From an uncultured Pseudomonadota bacterium (GTDB lineage Bacteria > SAR324 > NAC60-12), in contig CAJWCD010000065.1 of NCBI GenBank assembly GCA_913020725.1, forward strand, positions 1 through 20,372: DNA of 20,372 nucleotides. Reading direction: 5' to 3'. The position numbers and the translations under genes are program-made. Shown here piece by piece: positions 16,860 through 20,372 of this stretch (the stretch's first letter is position 1; the number at the start of each line of letters is the position of its first letter). The notes under the pieces are model-generated. The model saw only the letters and a list, made by a program, of their open reading frames with translations, was not told the DNA's origin and did no database searches.

Positions 16860-18584
16860 ATGTCCACAGAAACGGATACTAAACAACCCCTCGATCAATT
16901 TCAGGAAATGTGGGGCCAGTTCGCCTCCCAAGCGGAAATGCCGTCCTCCGATCCGATGGGTGCGATGTAATCGTTGCAACGCGTGGCCGAGGCTTGGGCA
17001 AACAACCCCCAAGACCTCAGCAACACCATGCGCTCGTGGACGGAAAAGCTGACCGCGACCAATCAACAGATTTGGCAGGATTCCCTCAACCAGCGTCCAG
17101 ATCAACTGGTCGATGAAAAAGGGACTCCGGATTGGTCGAAACTCCCCTACTTCAAATGGATCCGGGAGTACTACCAAACCTATTCCGGATGGATGGAAGA
17201 GAGCATCCAGCAAGCTTCGGTGGAGGATTCGGTGAAGCGTGACGCGATCTTCTGGTCTAAGCAGATGCTCAGTGCGCGCTCTCCGGACAATTACTTCTGG
17301 ACCAACCCTCTGGCGATCAACAAGTTTGTGGAGACCGAAGGAGAGAGCCTACGCGCGGGGCTGCAAAACTGGCTGGAGGATACGAGCAAAGGAGATGGGC
17401 TTCCGGCGACGGTGGACAAAACTCCGTTCAAGGTGGGGGAAACGCTGGCAAACACACCAGGAAAGGTGGTTTGCCGCAACGAGTTGATGGAGTTGATCCA
17501 ATACTCGCCGCTGACCGACACGGTGTACGAGAAGCCGCTTGTGATCACACCTCCATGGATCAACAAATACTACATTCTCGACTTGGCTCCGAAGAAGAGT
17601 TTCATCCGCAACCTTGTCTCAAAAGGCCACACGGTCTTTGTGGTGAGTTGGAAGAATCCCACAGCGGAAATGCGTGAGGTCGGGATGGACGACTACTTGA
17701 TGCAAGGTCCGGTGACGGCATTGGAGGTGGCACAACAAATCACCGGAGCCAAGCAGGTTCACGCGGTTGGCTACTGCATCGGCGGCACTCTGCTCGCCTC
17801 AGCAATGGCATGGTTCAACCATCCGGACAACTTGAAGACGAACCCCGTAGAGGATTGGACGTTGTTGACCTCCCTCGTTGATTTTGAGCATCCCGGAGAC
17901 TTGGGAGTGTTCATCAACGAGGATACGCTGAAGCACCTTGAGGAAACCATGGCAGAGCAGGGTTATCTGGACGGCAAACAGATGGGCACGACCATGCGGA
18001 TGCTGCGTCCGGTAGAGTTAATCTGGTACTTCTTCATCAACAACTACCTCTACGGCAAACAGCCTCCGTCCATTGACATGCTCTTCTGGAATGATGATTC
18101 CACGCGTATGCCGGAGGCGATGCACAAGTTTTACTTGCGCCAGTACTACCTGCACAACAAACTGCGCGAATCCGATGGTGTCACACTGGCCGGACATCCC
18201 ATCGACTTACGCCGCATCAAGCAGCCGCTCTATTGCGTTGCGGCGGAAGAGGATCACATCACGCCGTGGACGCAGGTGTACCAGATCAACAAGCTGGTGC
18301 AAGGGCCGGTGCGCTTCATGCTCTCGACCTCCGGGCACATCGCCGGGGTCGTCAATCCTCCGGTGGACCCGCCCAAGCGTAGCTACTGGACGGGAGACGG
18401 GGATGCCGAACTCGCTCCGGAAGCGTGGCAGGCTCAGCAAAAGAAGGTGAAGGATTCTTGGTGGAACAACTGGGCAGTCTGGTTGGGCGAACGGAGCGGC
18501 AAGCAGGTCAAGCCTCCCAAGCTCGGCAGTTCCAGGTACAAACCACTCGCCGATGCCCCCGGAACCTACGTTTTGGAACCGTGA
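16860..18584 (+). pseudogene. phaC: Class I poly(3-hydroxyalkanoate) synthase interrupted by an in-frame TAA at codon 37 (16968-16970)
   Basis: GGAG then ATG 16860: MSTETDTKQPLDQFQEMWGQFASQAEMPSSDPMGAM*SLQRVAEAWANNP, in frame with the 16974-18584 ORF carrying SPDNY.WTNP, PPWINKYYILDL, GYCIGG, FWN.D, EEDHI, SGHIAG, DAPGTYV. Family call is near certain; pseudogene status is not. Confidence 0.8.
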
Positions 18585-18674
18585 CTTTTGTGCCCGTTTG
18601 GTCTAAAATATGGAGTTCGAGTGGGACGAGGGCAAACGCTGAAATGTACTGAAACTACACCCTTGAGAGGAAAG

Positions 18675-20372
18675 ATGGGCTACCAAGAGGAATACCGGGA
18701 ATCAATCGAGCAGCCGGAGCAGTTCTGGCGGCGACAGGCGGAGCAAATCGCGTGGTACGAGTTTCCGCAGAGCATCCTCACGCAGAATGAGCGCGGCTAC
18801 CACTGCTGGTTTCAGGGGGGCAAGCTCAACAGCAGCTACCTCGCACTGGACCATCACGTTGAGGCCGGGCGTGGCGGCCAACTCGCGCTGATTTACGATT
18901 CCCCCGTCACCGATTCCCAGCGCAAGTTCACTTTCACAGAATTGCGTGACGAGGTGGCCAAGTTCGCCGGAGTGTTGCGAGCACAGGGCGTGGAGCAGGG
19001 GGATCGCGTGATCATCTACATGCCGATGATCCCGGAAGCCGCAGTGGCGATGCTCGCCTGCGCGCGGCTTGGGGCGGTCCACTCGGTGGTCTTCGGCGGC
19101 TTTGCTCCCAACGAACTCGCGCTCCGCATTGACGATGCCAAACCCAAGGCGCTCGTGACCGCCTCGTGCGGGATCGAATTCACCAACGTGATTGAGTACA
19201 AACCACTAGTGGATGAGGCACTCCAAATCGCCAAACATCCCCCACAGACCATCGTCCTCCTGCAACGTCCACAATCACAAGCCGCGCTGCAATCTGGACG
19301 CGACCACGACTGGGATGAGCTAATGACCTCGGCCTCCCCCGCCGATCCGGTTCCCGTCGCTGCGACCGATCCGCTCTACATCCTCTACACATCCGGAACC
19401 ACCGGACGGCCCAAGGGTGTTGTCCGTGACAACGGCGGACACGCGGTCGCGCTCAAGTACAGCATGAAGACCGTGTACAACACCGACCCCGGAGATGTTT
19501 ATTGGGCCGGGTCGGACGTGGGCTGGGTGGTCGGTCACTCCTACATCGTCTATGCCCCGCTGCTGCACGGTTGCACCACCATCCTCTACGAGGGCAAGCC
19601 CGTCCGGACTCCGGACGCAGGCGCGTTCTGGCGGGTGATTGCCGAACACAAAGTGACCACCTTCTTCACCGCACCGACTGCGTTCCGCGCCATTAAGAAG
19701 GAGGATCCGGAGGCGAAGCTCAAGACGCAGTACGACATCAGTTGCCTGCGCACCCTCTTCCTCGCAGGCGAGCGGCTGGACCCGCCGACCTACGATTGGT
19801 TGATGGGGATCATGGACGTGCCTGTGATTGACCACTGGTGGCAAACGGAAACCGGCTGGCCGATCTGCTCCAATCCAATGGGGCTGGAACCGCAACCCGT
19901 GAAAACCGGATCACCGACTTTTGCAATGCCCGGATACGATGTGCGAATTTTGGACGAAGCGGGGCAACCCTGCCAGCCCGGAGAAACGGGCAACATCGCG
20001 GTCAAGCTGCCCCTCCCACCAAGCTGCCTGCCAACGCTCTGGGAGGACGACCAACGCTTCCGGGAATCCTACCTCTCGCAATTCCCCGGATACTACCAAA
20101 CAGGCGATGGCGGTTTGATCGACGAGGACGGTTATGTCTATGTGATGGGCCGCGTGGACGATGTCATCAATGTCGCAGGGCACCGCCTCTCCACTGGACA
20201 GATGGAAGAACTGATCGGCTCTCATCCGGCGGTCGCAGAATGCGCGGTGGTCGGCATTGACGATGAGTTGCGCGGACAGGTTCCAGTGGGTTTTGCGGTT
20301 CTCAAGGATGGGGCAGCACTGGATCAAGCACAGATGCAGCAGGAATTGGTGAGCATCATCCGCAAGGAAATT
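18675..20372 (+). CDS. prpE: Propionyl-CoA synthetase / acetate-propionate CoA ligase (3' end beyond window)
   Basis: GAGAGGA RBS, ATG 18675: MGYQEEYRESIEQPEQFWRRQAEQIAW…LIYDSPVT…GGFAPNELA.RIDDA.PK; YTSGTTGRPKGVVRDNGGHAVAL, LFLAGERLDP, DHWWQTETGWPI, LPLPP; frame consistent to the window end. Confidence 0.9.
   Translation, partial: MGYQEEYRESIEQPEQFWRRQAEQIAWYEFPQSILTQNERGYHCWFQGGKLNSSYLALDHHVEAGRGGQLALIYDSPVTDSQRKFTFTELRDEVAKFAGVLRAQGVEQGDRVIIYMPMIPEAAVAMLACARLGAVHSVVFGGFAPNELALRIDDAKPKALVTASCGIEFTNVIEYKPLVDEALQIAKHPPQTIVLLQRPQSQAALQSGRDHDWDELMTSASPADPVPVAATDPLYILYTSGTTGRPKGVVRDNGGHAVALKYSMKTVYNTDPGDVYWAGSDVGWVVGHSYIVYAPLLHGCTTILYEGKPVRTPDAGAFWRVIAEHKVTTFFTAPTAFRAIKKEDPEAKLKTQYDISCLRTLFLAGERLDPPTYDWLMGIMDVPVIDHWWQTETGWPICSNPMGLEPQPVKTGSPTFAMPGYDVRILDEAGQPCQPGETGNIAVKLPLPPSCLPTLWEDDQRFRESYLSQFPGYYQTGDGGLIDEDGYVYVMGRVDDVINVAGHRLSTGQMEELIGSHPAVAECAVVGIDDELRGQVPVGFAVLKDGAALDQAQMQQELVSIIRKEI

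Noticed and set aside
16968..16970. Stop-codon reassignment or Sec/Pyl readthrough in phaC
   Set aside because: The codon is TAA, not TGA or TAG, and TAA terminates proC, helD and the fabG-like gene in this window.
14390..19110. Nucleotide similarity between acs and prpE segments as a recent duplication
   Set aside because: It is limited to conserved motifs of paralogous acyl-CoA ligases (e.g. [25 protein letters not shown]).
1..20372. CRISPR array, tRNA/rRNA, transposase, prophage; numerous antisense and alternate-frame ORFs
   Set aside because: No regularly spaced repeats, RNA gene signatures or mobile-element motifs; the extra ORFs are shadows of well-supported genes in GC-rich DNA.

Overview
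Housekeeping and metabolic chromosomal region of a Gram-negative bacterium, roughly 55-58% GC by eye; the gene repertoire suggests a deltaproteobacterium such as SAR324 (inference only). Gene order: purA (cut by window edge), REP-like hairpin, proC, lpxH, LolB-like lipoprotein coupled to a 33-aa membrane microprotein, rarD, stand-alone gspF/pilC, creA, 53-aa membrane microprotein, HPF/RaiA-like protein, 26-30-aa membrane microprotein, SDR oxidoreductase, exported hypothetical protein, GT61 glycosyltransferase, RCK-type K+ channel, HelD-family RNA-polymerase-recycling ATPase, a scar with two gene remnants, then acs, fabG-like SDR, phaC and prpE (cut by window edge). Main observations: (1) the palindrome TCCGGA occurs about 56 times by hand count versus about 5-6 expected, in all codon phases and between genes, like a HIP1-type highly iterated palindrome; (2) phaC has an in-frame TAA at codon 37; (3) three single-TM microproteins are missed by the ORF track; (4) a HelD-like protein occurs in a Gram-negative context; (5) PHA synthase is flanked by acetate- and propionate-activating ligases. 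No CRISPR, tRNA, rRNA or transposase was seen.
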